Below, piece after piece: positions 25,767 through 38,410 of a stretch of DNA of 64,000 nt. The stretch is taken from contig OX597832.1 in the NCBI GenBank assembly GCA_951406725.2, positions 23,932,001 through 23,996,000 on the forward strand, in the 5' to 3' direction. The notes below the pieces were generated by a model, which saw nothing but the letters and a program-made list of their open reading frames with translations, made no database searches and was not told the origin of the DNA. The DNA is from Octopus vulgaris (lineage: Eukaryota). The first letter of the stretch is position 1, and every line of letters begins with the position of its first letter. Made by a program: the position numbers and the translations under genes.

Positions 25767-26092
25767 GCAAGGGAAGCAACATGAGCTGTTGCATCCCTTC
25801 GGACATTTTTTTTATAAAAATGCCACAAAGAAACACCAAAAACAAAGTCTTTGCAAGGGAAGCAACACGACCTGTTACATCCTTTCCAACATTTTTTCCG
25901 ATAAAATGCCACAAAGAAACAACAAAAAACAAAGTCTTTGCAAGGAAAGCAACACGACCTGTTGCATCCTTTCCAACATTTTTTCTGATAAAATGCCACA
26001 AAGAAACAACAAAAAACAAAGTCTTTGCAGGGGAAGCAACATGAGCTGTTGCATCCTTTCCAAAATTTTTTTTTGATAAAAATGCCACAAAG
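25767..26092. repeat. 87-bp minisatellite, about 3.8 copies
   Basis: Units start at 25767, 25853, 25940 and 26027. Confidence 0.9.
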
Positions 26093-27749
26093 ACAAATTT
26101 TTTTTCTAGTAAGAGCTGATAACGAATCATTTTAGATATGGGACAGATTTTTTAATGGCGGTGCCCCAGCATGGCCACAGCTCATGAGCTGAAACTGGAA
26201 AAATCAAAATAATATTAGGACTTTATTCTTTTGTAAAGTGGTACAGTGAATCAAAGCAAGAAACATTACAATTTCTGTTGGTGGTGGTTGTTTGTCCATT
26301 TTGATAATTCAGCTTGGATCGGCATGGGCTCCGCTATATATCAGTTCTCCTGAAAATGGCAGGAATCTGCAAAAACTTGCCTCAATGGAAACGCTTAACC
26401 CACTGACTCATAAATATTGGGTTATCCCATAAATAATAGTTTTTTAAAAATTTTTACCTTGTACTTATTCTTAGTGCAAGTTTTGAAGAGTGCAGTTTGA
26501 TTTTAATAGTGTATCTATGTATGTATATATATATATGTATGTATGTATATATATATATATGTATGTATGTATATATATATATATGTATGTATATGTATGT
26601 ACATGTATATATGTGTATGTATATGTATGTATATATATATCTATCTTAGTTCCTGGCAGGGTATTTCCAATGCAGTACTCAACTCAAGTTCTGGGTTATC
26701 AACAATCTTGGATTCCAGACTAATACTAACATTCTTCAAGAGTAGAAAATCCTGGTTTCACAATGGTAAAACTTGTGTGGGTGAAGTGAAGAGTGAATTA
26801 TAATCCAAAAAAAAATAAGAAAACAAAGAAAATATTTTCACACATCTTTAATGATTCATTACAATTGTTTCTGCACCAATTCTGCTTGTAACAGCAGTTT
26901 ACACAAAACTTTATGTAACATTTGCAGTTTTAGACAGAGTGGCACTTCATCAGATCTGCATCAAAAGTGCACTCTTACATTGTGCATCTTCCGGACATTG
27001 TTTTTTTTTTTGCTTATACCGGGAAGTAAATATACAAGAAGTAAATAAAAGTATGGTTAAAGGATGAGTAATTAGTACAGAGATCATGTGAGAAGAATTA
27101 ATGAACAAAGAAGAAGGGGCTAAGAACATTAATAAACAAGGAAAAGACAAAAAAAAAAAAAAAAAAAAAGAGCAAATCAGTATATGTGGACTAAAGATTC
27201 TCAGAATGGTCAGTGTGTACAACATTGTTGGAAATTTCATTGAAAAATATCCATTTCGGTGGAAGTTATGACAAAACAAATTTGGTGGAGCGCATTGGTG
27301 TATGTAGATCTCGATATACAGTGACTGGTCAGAGTTAGCTGAGGCATATCTACACACACGTGCTCCAACGAATTTCTTTCCTCATAACTCTCGGAAACGC
27401 GGATATTTCTTAATGAAACTTTCTACAAGTACACTTCAGATGGTGCAGATATAGTGTAGGTTCAGATTATAATGGAATCTGTTGCGATTATAAATTTTTT
27501 GAAAATTTTCCCCCAAATAGTTTTGAAAATTTTTTCGAAAAGTTTCCCCAAAATTTTAGAAAATTTTTTTGAAAATTTTTCCCAAAAAGTTTTGAAAAAT
27601 TTTTTGAAAATTTTACCCCCCCAAAATTTTTAAAAAGTTCTTCGAAAATATTCCCCCAAAATTTTTGAAACGTTTTTCAGATTATAATGGAATCTTGTGA
27701 TTATAAATTTCCAAAGGGGGAAAAAAAATATGTGGTCAATATAAGCAGA

Positions 27750-28340
27750 ACTTATGAATCGTTTAATTTGACGTAGAATTTAATTATTGTTGAATATGCA
27801 TTTGAACACAGCAATAATAGAGCTGCCCGAAGGCATTTTAACATTAACGAAGCCAGTGCTGGAAATTGACATAAACAGTAGGACAAACTTTAAACTGTGC
27901 CTAGTAATAAACATGCCAATAAGGGTACATCCTCAAAATACCCCGAGTTAGAGATTGAACTTTATCACTGGATATGTGGCGAACACAATGAGGGTTTTGG
28001 TGTAAGCACCACCGAGATAAGATTAAGTGCTGGTCAGTTATTTAAGACCAAATGTGGAGCTGATAGTGTGGGCTTTAAAGCTTCGTTGAACAGGTGCTAT
28101 CATTTTATGAACCATTATGACTTAAGTGTACAACATAGAACAACAATTGTGCAAAGACTTCCTGAAGGTTATGAAGAAAATTTGACAAACTTTCAGAATC
28201 TTATTATCAAAGAAATGCAGAACGAACCCCGTTAACGTGTGATTTGCCGTATGACACAACAGTGACACATGTTAATGAAAAATCAGTTAAAATAAGAATT
28301 GGAAATGAAAAGAAAAAATTTACTGTGATGCTTGGGAAAT
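27750..28340 (+). mobile_element. pogo/Tigger (CENP-B HTH, POGK-like) transposase remnant
   Basis: KYPELEIELYHWI...VSTTEIRL...FKASLNRCYHFMNHYDLSVQHRTTIVQRLP. Confidence 0.78.
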
Positions 28341-28381
28341 GGAACAAAATTGGCACCATCTAAGGAAACAAAGTAGGTGTG

Positions 28382-30425
28382 GCATATTCATACAAGCATG
28401 CCCATTGCTTTAACATAAATAGTCTATTATATATCTATATAGGCATAAGTATGATATTTTGACTCTTTTTATCCAGAGTGTCCAAACAGGAGATTTGACT
28501 TTGAATATGGTAGATCTTGTTACCACAATCGAACTATATGGTTAGGGGAAAGTATAACTTTGATTCATATTATCCAAAGTGTCTTCAAATACGATAGATC
28601 CTGTTATCACCATGGAAACTATAAACTAAGACAAAATGGCAACCTATCAAATCATTTTTTCCGAATTGCAATGATGATGATTGTTCCTGAGAGGTAATGT
28701 TCTTTCGTAGATATAAGCTCAGCATATGAATATCGGTATGAACATTAACCAAAGAAGGCATGGACAAATTTATATTTCTTTGTGGAATCAAATGCAAAAT
28801 GTCTCTGTCTGATCTGTGGTGAAACAGTCGCAGTTCCAAAAGTTGAAAATGTGAAACGGCATTACACGTTAAAGCACACTTCGACCCATAATCGTTATGA
28901 AGGAGATCAAGTATTTTTACTTCAAAGGAATTTAGTCTCGCAACAGAATATTTTTGGGAAAATAGATGATGAAGTAAGTTTTGTCATTGCTGAAAAGATT
29001 GCACAAAACATGAAACCTTTTTCGGAAGGAGGCTTTATCAACAAATGTATCAGCTCGGCGATTGAAATTCTGTGCCCAGAGAAATAGAAAGCTATAAAAT
29101 GTGTTAGGTTGTCGCGTAATACAATAACCCGAAAGATTGAAGAACTGGCTGAAAATACGAAAATTCAGTTGAACAAACTGTAAAAACTTCAAAACTTACA
29201 GCATATTCATACAAATATGCCCATTGCTTTAACATAAATAGTCTATTATATATCTATATAGGCATAAGTATGATATTTTGACTCTTCTTATCCAGAGTGT
29301 CCAAACAGGAGATTTGACTTTGAATACGGTAGATCTTGTTACCACAATCAAACTATATGGTTAGGGGAAAATATAACTTCGATTCATATTATCCAAAGTG
29401 TCTAGGCCGAAGATTCGACTTCAAATACGATAGATCCTGTTATCACAATGGAAACTATAAACTAAGACAAAATGGCAACCTATCAAATCATTTTTTCCGA
29501 ATTGCAATGATGATGATTGTTCCTGAGAGGTAATGTTCTTTCGTAGATATAAGCTCAGCATATGAATATCGGTATGAACATTAACCAAAGAAGGCATGGA
29601 CAAATTTATATTTCTTTGTGGAATCAAATGCAAAATGTCTCTGTCTGATCTGTGGTGAAACAGTCGCAGTTCCAAAAGTTGAAAATGTGAAACGGCATTA
29701 CACGTTAAAGCACACTTCGACCCATAATCGTTATGAAGGAGATCAAGTATTTTTACTTCAAAGGAATTTAGTCTCGCAACAGAATATTTTTGGGAAAATA
29801 GATGATGAAGTAAGTTTTGTCATTGCTGAAAAGATTGCACAAAACATGAAACCTTTTTCGGAAGGAGGCTTTATCAACAAATGTATCAGCTCGGCGATTG
29901 AAATTCTGTGCCCAGAGAAATAGAAAGCTATAAAATGTGTTAGGTTGTCGCGTAATACAATAACCCGAAAGATTGAAGAACTGGCTGAAAATACGAAAAT
30001 TCAGTTGAACAAACTGTAAAAACTTCAAAACTTACAGCATATTCATACAAATATGCCCATTGCTTTAACATAAATAGTCTATTATATATCTATATAGGCA
30101 TAAGTATGATATTTTGACTCTTCTTATCCAGAGTGTCCAAACAGGAGATTTGACTTTGAATACGGTAGATCTTGTTACCACAATCAAACTATATGGTTAG
30201 GGAAAATATAACTTCGATTCATATTATCCAAAGTGTCTAGGCCGAAGATTCGACTTCAAATACGATAGATCCTGTTATCACAATGGAAACTATAAACTAA
30301 GACAAAATGGCAACCTATCAAATCATTTTTTCCGAAATGCAATGATGATGATTGTTCCTGAGTGGTAATGTTCTTTCGTAGATAAGCTCAGCATATGAAT
30401 ATCGGTATGAACATTAACCAAAGAA
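28382..30425 (+). repeat. ~836-bp tandem duplication (2.5 copies) of satellite monomers plus an hAT fragment
   Basis: GCATATTCATACAA at 28382, 29201 and 30037; identical ORFs at 28782 and 29618. Confidence 0.9.
28757..29200 (+). mobile_element. hAT (SPIN/Charlie, GTF2IRD2-like) transposase fragment; second copy 29593-30036
   Basis: WTNLYFFVESNAKCLCLICGETVAVPKVENVKRHYTLKH (BED-like finger), KPFSEGGFINKC, LSRNTITR.IEEL. Confidence 0.8.
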
Positions 30426-30963
30426 GATTAGACGTCATCAATAGATTCTCTGAGAACTTATTTGGCATGAAAGAGCAGTTACATCACTTTCAAATTGCAC
30501 CTAGCATCAATAGAGAAAGGACACATCAAATAATGTCCTTCTGCATTTGGCTGTCCATATGAACAGCTCAGGGAATTGGTGCTACACATGCTCTACAGAG
30601 GCCAGTGTAACGTCAGCATCTGTGGGAGTCCTGTGAAAAGTTACACAGGTGGAACTTGGCATCCCTCAAATCTTGGCTGGTAACCATGTTAGAGATGGCA
30701 TTATATTTGGGGTGACTCTTAACATGAAAATCTCAAAACATCCTCAAGGTGAAAAGCCTGTACAAAATCCTTCTCATTCTTTGCAATAATGATAACTAAT
30801 ACCAACGCAAATAACAGCATCAATAGGAGGACCTGACCTCCATGTCCAAAATGCTGGATCTCCTGCACCCAACAGGGGCCCCTCAGAGAGCAATGGATTG
30901 GAAGATCAAACTCCATCTGGTCGTGGTCCTTTTACTAGTAAAAATACACAACATGCTTTATAC

Positions 30964-31745
30964 CAGTGCTGCCCAACGTCCGGGCTGGATCCAGCCCACG
31001 AAGCCTTAGAATATGGCCCGCTAGTCGGTCTTCAATTTATGGGTATCTGCAAAACAAATTACAAAAAATCACATTAAAGTATCCCCTTTATGTCAAGGAA
31101 GTGTGCTACACGCAGGTCTTCTCCATACGTCATTATGAGACGTGATTTATCTGCGACAGAGATAGTTTTAAGCATGCTGAGTCAGCTGCTGACCATGTTG
31201 TGGACGAATACCAATTTTCCGTGGCTGAAAACTGTAAAGTCAAGCCAGCAGCCAATCACATCGCTCAATCAATGGGGAAAATCACCGCCTAAGAATTTCA
31301 TTAGATTTTGTGCTTGAAGACCGATTCTCGGTGGATGAATGAATAATTCTATAAAACTGGCATTTAAGGTGATTTAATTTCAAATTTACTCAGGCACAAC
31401 TTTTGATATGGACACCTTCTTATACTGATGAGCAAATTACAGTAGTTTCTTTTCCACAATAAATTTCAAATTTTGTTCATCCAAGGAATTTAGTCTCGCA
31501 ACAGAATATTTTTTTGGAAAATAGATGATAAAGTAAGTTTTGTCATTGCTGAAGAGATTGCACGAAACCTTTTTCGGAAGGAGGCTTTATCAACAAATGA
31601 ATCAGCTCGGCGATTGAATTTCTGGGTCAGAGAAAGAGAAAGCTATAAAATGTGTTAGGTTGTCGCGTAATACAATAACCCGAAGGATTGAAGAACTGGC
31701 TGAAAATATGAAAATTCAGTTGAACGAACTCTGTAAAAACTGCCA
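30964..31745 (+). mobile_element. hAT left end plus a third transposase fragment
   Basis: CAGTGCTGCCCAAC terminus with GGCCC subterminal motifs; 31485-31740 repeats the hAT coding piece. Confidence 0.6.
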
Positions 31746-31758
31746 GAATATAACAGTA

Positions 31759-32183
31759 AATTTCGCTGACACCCTGCATCAGAAAAAAGAAATTATAAAG
31801 TTCACAAATGAAGAGTTAATAGAAACGAGAGCACTCTTCACAACCTCAGGACAGGATCTGGTATTAGATACACCACAACAGATTAAGGAAGCAATAGAAA
31901 ACAAAACGATTATATATAAAATTACACTGGGGTCCCCAGTTTAATACAGTGGTGGTCCACTTCCCTAACCAGGAAGTGGCAAAAGCTCACTCTACGGAGT
32001 CTTTGCAAAATGATGAAATCATCATGATCCCATATCACAAAGGCCAGAGAGTGAGTAAAATTAGCATTAAAAATGTACCACCTGAGATACCTGAGCGATT
32101 TGTTACCATTTGAAAACTATAAATATTTTAGAGATTGCCGTATACAAAAACGACAATTGGGGTGGTAAATCGATAGAAATCGC
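31759..32183 (+). mobile_element. Tx1/L1-type ORF1 module, copy 1 (deleted)
   Basis: Homologous to 32985-33415. Confidence 0.7.
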
Positions 32184-32189
32184 CTGTTT

Positions 32190-33620
32190 TATTGTTTATT
32201 GTAAAAGTTTTGTTTCAAATTTTCGCACACGACGTGTGTAAGAAACCCAGCTTTCGTCTGGGTGTGTTTTCCGAGGGGGAATTTGCCCCTAGGGGCAATT
32301 TCAGCCCAGTTTTCATATCAAAATTTTTGCTTCTCCCTATTTTTTACATGTTTCGTCTAATGTATAAGCGGTCACTCTTCACAACTTCTGGACAAAATCT
32401 GATACTGCACACACCACAACATGTGGCTTTTTGTTTACATTTTTTTGCTTTCGAAGTTTTGAAGCGCCCAACTTTTGTTTGGGTATTTCTAAGTGTGGAA
32501 TTCGACCCTAGGGGCATTTTCTTCACCTTTTTAATATTAAATTTTATTTCTCGATACTAAAAATGTCGAGAAATTTGATTGTTGAGCAGTGGTCAACACT
32601 ATTCTCTGACGAAGATTTTCCCAGCCTAGGAATGACAGAAAGAAGAAGACATGAATTGCTGGATAACGTAAAGTCGAAAACAAGGTTTGAAAAAGAAATT
32701 GCTGTCGACCACAAAGATATTTCCACAACTCTTGATAGCCCTGTCATCACCAACACCACCAAAACTACCACCTCCACTGCCACAACAATCATTAACAACA
32801 ACAACAACATCAGTGATATTGATATAAATGTGCCTGCTATTTCGCAAGATTTGAATATCTCACCTATTACTGGTGAATATTAATAAAACAAAATTAACGT
32901 TCCCTGGAAATGCTACCAACACTACACCAACTAACACTAATATTTTGCTGCGGTAACAACAACAGTTAGAAGAGACCTTCTGTTAATTTCGCTGACACCC
33001 TGCATCAGAAAAAAGAAATTATAAAGTTCACAAATGAAGAGTTAATAGAAACGAGAGCACTCTTCACAACCTCAGGACAGGATCTGGTATTGCATACACC
33101 ACAACACAATGAAACAAAAGCAAACACACGATTATATATAAAATTATACTGGGGTCCCCAGTTTAATACAGTGGTGGTCCACTTCCCTAACCAGGAAGTG
33201 GCAAAAGCTCACTCTACAGAGACTTTACAAAATGATGAAATCATCATGATTCCGTATTACAAAGGACAAAGAGTGAGCAAAATTAGAATTAAAAATGTCC
33301 CAACAGATATACCACCCAAATGGATAACATCGGCGATATGTTATCACCTAAACACAATAAACATATTGGAAATCGCCATTGTTAAAAACGATAATTGGAG
33401 TGGTAAATCGATAAAGGTGACCCTTCAAATCGATGGGTCCTCTATCGAGAACTTACCCAATATCATATACTTGGAAAATGGGCAAAGCCTATATGTTGTA
33501 GTAGAAGGTAAAAAAACCACGATGTTACAGCTGTGGCAGCCCAGACCACTTAATCGCAAAGTGCGTTTTGACACATAATAAAACCAGAACAGTTACAAGC
33601 AAAACATAATGAAAATAGAA
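32190..33620 (+). mobile_element. Tx1/L1-type LINE 5' UTR plus ORF1 (gag-like, CCHC knuckle), copy 2
   Basis: ATG at 32563, Thr/Asn-rich linker, KIRIKNVP, VVVEGKK.RCYSCGSPDHLIAKC (frameshifted). Confidence 0.72.
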
Positions 33621-34904
33621 GAGTCCATAAACTATGAAAATATTTACGCCGCACGGATTTTGCAAATACCTAAATAACAACAAAGAAATCAGATGGGTAG
33701 TATGCGCGGATAAACTTGAAACAGACCAACAAAAAGCAATGCTTAAACAGCTAACGTGCAAAGATATAAACACAGAAGTCTTACCCTCGGCTGAAAACTC
33801 TGATAACGAGTCCATCAGCAAAACGAACACAGTCAGAGGGAACAAGTATGACTTTGTGAAAAAAATCATGAAAAAGTGTAATCCAACAGACATGGGTGAC
33901 ATTATAAGATTTTGTAAAAACACACCGAAAACAACTTACAGAAATAACTGGAGCAACATTTATAGAAATACACCAAATATAACGACAATCATTAATGCAG
34001 CTGCTACGGAAACCAACATCGAGACTCTAAGTACTCCCATATGGGAACAGATTAGAGATAAAAAGCAGTTCTTCTCTTACAATACAAATAACTACCACAG
34101 TGTACAAACATCGTTGGACATATACGAATGATGGCTGAAACACCACAATAAAGATGCAGACGATTTCGGCAGGCATACGTTCGAAGTTTGTCATAAGATC
34201 AACCCAAAAATTAACGGGTTGCATTTGACAGGGGCGAGTAACTCCGGTAAAAGTTATGTACTAAGAAGCATACGTAACAGACACATGAAATGCAGACGAA
34301 TGCGCTGTCAAGCGACAGACAACTTCACCTTCGGGTCATGCGTAGACAAAACACTCATATACACCGACGAAATGTGGTTTACCACAAACAACGTCGAGGA
34401 AGCAAAATGCATACTAGAAGGCACTGACACTTATATCAACATAAAACATCAGGCCGAAAGAGTTTTGAAACGTACACCTTCTCTCTTCACTTCAAATCAA
34501 GACCCATGGAGGGTCGTGCTACAAGAAGAACAGGTGCTGAAAAACCGGCTGTTTATCTACGAAACACAGAAGCATGCCGCAACTTAAAGATTGGGGAAAA
34601 GTAGAACTCAATCCGCTAATGTGGCTTACGATATGGAAAAACTACATTGAGAAATACGTCACAAACACATACAGTCAAATGTGTATAGAGAAAAACAAAC
34701 CCAAACCATCAAACCGCTTCAACACAAACGACATTGATCACCTTTCGCCAAACAAAAAGAGAACATTATACGCCATAAAAAGAAAACTAGAAAACGTATT
34801 AGACTCACCAGCAAAACGACCATGCGTACTAGACCCGACAATAGCAGCACAAGCATGCCTCTACCACAGCAACATTAGTGACGCCTGCTACTTCGCTGGT
34901 GACG
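33621..34904 (+). pseudogene. Endogenous parvoviral element: NS1 (SF3 helicase) pseudogene
   Basis: Frame 33634-34587 with one TGA (34129-34131). Walker A KINGLHLTGASNSGKS, Walker B LIYTDE, B' EEAKCILEG..INIKH, motif C FTSN, LKNR; a frameshifted tail contains LNPLMW. Confidence 0.85.
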
Positions 34905-35369
34905 AATACAGTGGTGGTCCACTTCCATAATCAGGAAGAAGCAAAAGACCACTCGACAGAAAATTTACAAAACGATGAACTAATAATGATTCCTTATTAC
35001 AGAAACCAAAAGAATCAGTAAAATTAAAATAAAAAATGTACCACCGGAGATACCTAACAAATGGATAACAGGAGCGATATGTTACCATTTGAAAACGATA
35101 AACATATTAGAGATTGCCGTATACAAAAACGACAATTGGGGTGGTAAATCGATAGAAGTCAGCATCCAGATTGATGGGTCCTCTATAGAGAAACTTCCTG
35201 ATAAGATTCTTTTAGAGAATGGGCAAAGACTATATGTGGTAGCAGAAGGGAAAAAGCCAAGATGCTACAACTGTGGAAGCCCAGAACTTTTAATCGCAAA
35301 GTGCGTTTTGGCACATAAAAAAACAAGAACAGTTACAAACAAAACACAAAACAAATAGAAAACAACCTT
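34905..35369 (+). mobile_element. ORF1 module, copy 3
   Basis: VVAEGKKPRCYNCGSPELLIAKCVLAHKKTRTVTNKTQNK*. Confidence 0.75.
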
Positions 35370-35400
35370 TGCTACCAACACCACCAAACCCACAACAGAT

Positions 35401-36660
35401 GCGTGACGGCATATGCGGACGATGTCACCATCATAGTGTCGAGCGTAAAGCACATCGTGATGCTAGGCGAGACACTAAAAGAATACGAAACGGTGACGGG
35501 AGCGAAAATTAACCCAAAGAAGTCAGTGTTTTTGCTACTCGGCACCTGGAGAAGCAAGCCCTTACTGTCCAACAGCAACTCAGTAGTGGGACGCTGGACG
35601 GACGGACCGGTTAAATTGCTCAGGGTCTGGTTCAGTCCAGACCGCCAAATGGATAAGAACTGGGACGAGATTGCGAGTAGAGTGGTCGCTCTCAGCCAAA
35701 CATGGGCCAAGGGAAAGCTGTCTCTAAAAGATCGGGTGGAGGTGGCTAATGCGTATATCGCATCCGTCATCGATTACCACCTGACTGTCGTGCCTTGTTC
35801 CGATGCTACCATCATGAAACTAGAACACATATTCTTCCACTTTCTGTGGAAGGGTGGCGTTCCGATGGTGAAGCGATCCATTTGCTGTCAACATACGTTA
35901 AATGGAGGACTGGGCATGCCATGGCTAATGATGCGCAGGCATGTGCCGAGACTGCGGCATCTCTAGAACTTCATTGACAACGGTGAACAGGTGTGGGCGT
36001 CGTTTGTGAGGCGCGCCTTCCCACAGCTTGTCTTACTGACCGAACTGCAAGCATGGATCAAAAAGAGACCGAAACTAGGCAATTGGCACCGAGAGTGTCA
36101 CCAAGCTCTACAGTAGTTCTGCTGTCCGGGATCAAATTTGTGGAACTTCCAAACGATCAAAGCGTTCTATAGAGGACTAGTGGAGGGGAGGTCCGACAAC
36201 ACACTCGGGGCAAATTCCTAACCCGCCTTTTCAGGACAACTTTCGGGCCGGGGCCTATGGATAACTTCCAGAGATCCCAGGCTTGGCAATGCTATCGGGA
36301 CGCACTACCAGTTCGAGAGAAGAGCTACAGACACGGTTCAAAAACCACCGGACCGACCTGCCCGAGATGCGGTCATAATGACGAAACCGTTCTGCACGCA
36401 CTCGTGCAGTGTCCAGATATTTCAGAGCTGTGGACCTTCGTCGAACAGCAGTTGTCGCGTGTAGGACGGGCCCGCTTATCGGCCGAGTCTATCGTGAATA
36501 TTGTTCCGCCACCTTCCTTTAAATGGGAAGCAAAAACAGTTTTCGTAACACTGGTAGCTATGGCAAAAGAATGCGTGTGGTGGCCACGTTTGAAAGGCTT
36601 ACAAACACATTCCTCTCTGGTCAGTCTCTCGTCAACTTTTTCAAGTACCACTTGAAAAGG
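35401..36660 (+). mobile_element. Tx1/L1-clade ORF2 fragment (RT C-half plus CCHC)
   Basis: TAYADDVT, GAKINPKKS, GGLG, CPRCGHNDETVLHALVQC; stops and frameshifts present. Confidence 0.88.
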
Positions 36661-37096
36661 AGGAAGTGGCAAAAGCTCACTCTACGGAGACTTTACAAAA
36701 TGATGAAATCATCATGGTACCATATTACAAAGGACAAAGAGTGAGCAAAATTAGAATTAAAAATGTCCCGACAGAAATAACACCCAAATGGATAACATCG
36801 ACGATATGTTACCATTTAAAAACGATAAATATATTAGAAATCGCCGTGTACAAAAATGACAATTGGGGTGGTAAAACAATAGAGGTTACCATCCAGATTG
36901 ATGGGTCCTCTATTGAGAACCTACCTGATAGGATTCACTTAGAAAATGGGCAAAGCCTATATGTTGTAGCAGAAAGGAAAAAGCCAAGATGCTACAACTG
37001 TGGCAGTCCAGAACATTTAATCGCAAAGTGCGTTTTGGCACATAAAAAAACAAGAACAGTTACAAGCGAAACACAAAACAAATAGAAAACAACCTT
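36661..37096 (+). mobile_element. ORF1 module, copy 4
   Basis: CYNCGSPEHLIAKC (CX2CX4HX4C) followed by TVTSETQNK*. Confidence 0.78.
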
Positions 37097-37119
37097 ATGC
37101 AACAACTAATTCATTTGGT

Positions 37120-37825
37120 TGTACAAATTGTTTGCACGGGAAACCTGCTCTGTGTGGTGGTTTTCCCGTTTTTGTATATGTTTTCGGCTTTTTTTAGCCA
37201 TTTTTGTTTTGACGATGGCGACTTCAAACCATGAAGTCGTCGTTGAAAAGAACGCTGGTCTCCTTGACAGCGCTTACGACGTTGATTTCCCTACACTGCC
37301 TTCACCACAGCTTCATGAAGAAGAGATGAAGGGGAGAAACAACACAGCTGCAAGTGTGAGCATGAACGCTAACATCGCCACCGACACACAAAAAATTGTA
37401 AACACACAGACAACAGCTTCACAGTCAACTACTGAATCAGACAACTCTGCCACCACCACCAACAACATCGTCATTTTGCCGTCTACCATAACTGCCAACA
37501 ACAACACCACTGCTACAACCTCAACTACTAGGGCTTTTCCAAGGGAGGAATTGGCCCCTAGGGGCAGTTTCAACCATAATTAAATTGTGTATTTTTCTTC
37601 TCGACATTAAAAATGTTGAGAAATTTTATTGTTGAATGCCGGTCAAACTCCTTCATGGACCAGCATTTTCCTAGACTTGAAACGCTACGAGAAAAAAAGA
37701 ACTTATGCACGCAAAGTGCAAACCTGAATGACGTGGTAGTGAACGCTGCAACCACTTGGCAAAAGAATGTGTATGGTGGACGTATCTGAAAGGCCTAGAC
37801 ACAAACTCTTTACACTCTGGTCAAC
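37120..37825 (+). mobile_element. Mosaic of LINE 5' UTR/ORF1 starts and a short ORF2 3' piece
   Basis: MATSNHEVVVEK..DFPTLP start; 37545-37690 resembles 32270-32640; 37755-37825 resembles 36560-36625. Confidence 0.55.
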
Positions 37826-37827
37826 TC

Positions 37828-38410
37828 CTGCTATGTGTTGCGCAAATGGAAAAAGTGAACCCCACACCGCTGGATGATCCACCACAGCTGTAGAGGCACA
37901 ACTATAGAGTCGAAACATTTCCTCAATAACATCTGAAAGTACAGTTGTGCATTAGAAATGACATCTTTCGGCGCTAATACTGTTCAAGAAGGCGGGTTTG
38001 TGTCTGCTTTCAAAGTGCAGGAACAGATTCACCATAGGATAGGATCACTCAAACCTGCTGAAAATCAAGATCCCCAATTCTTTCAACTGTACTTTGTGGG
38101 CAATTTACATGAACAAGCCACCCTACGAAACTCCATTTCAACTGGCACTAACTTTCACCCGACAATGCAACTACAAGAACTTTTGCACCAGAAAAACAGC
38201 TCTGTATGCAGCTTCAAGTATGCCTTTGATACAGAAGCTTGGTCAAATTTTAATGTTATCATTAATGCTCAGAAAAGATCATCTAGGGAACATACAGGCC
38301 GCTACTATGCACCCACATGCAATACAATAGCTGTACTCCTTCGCAGTGGACAGCACAATCCCAGAGACATTGTCTTTAGACGACGTGACACCACCCTTCG
38401 ACACGTCATA
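37828..38410 (+). mobile_element. Helitron Rep/Hel N-terminal fragment
   Basis: MCCANGK, MTSFGA...FKVQEQIHHRIGSLKP...PQFFQLYF, RYYAPT, RDIV motifs typical of Helitron helicase-like proteins. Confidence 0.82.

Noticed and set aside
28782-29923. Host GTF2IRD2/ZBED gene
   Set aside because: Short, internally deleted, stop-containing hAT fragments within a tandem duplication.
34574-34930. Separate viral gene (capsid or NS2) downstream of NS1
   Set aside because: Better explained as the frameshifted NS1 C-terminus; no PLA2 or capsid motif, and its end runs into ORF1 copy 3.
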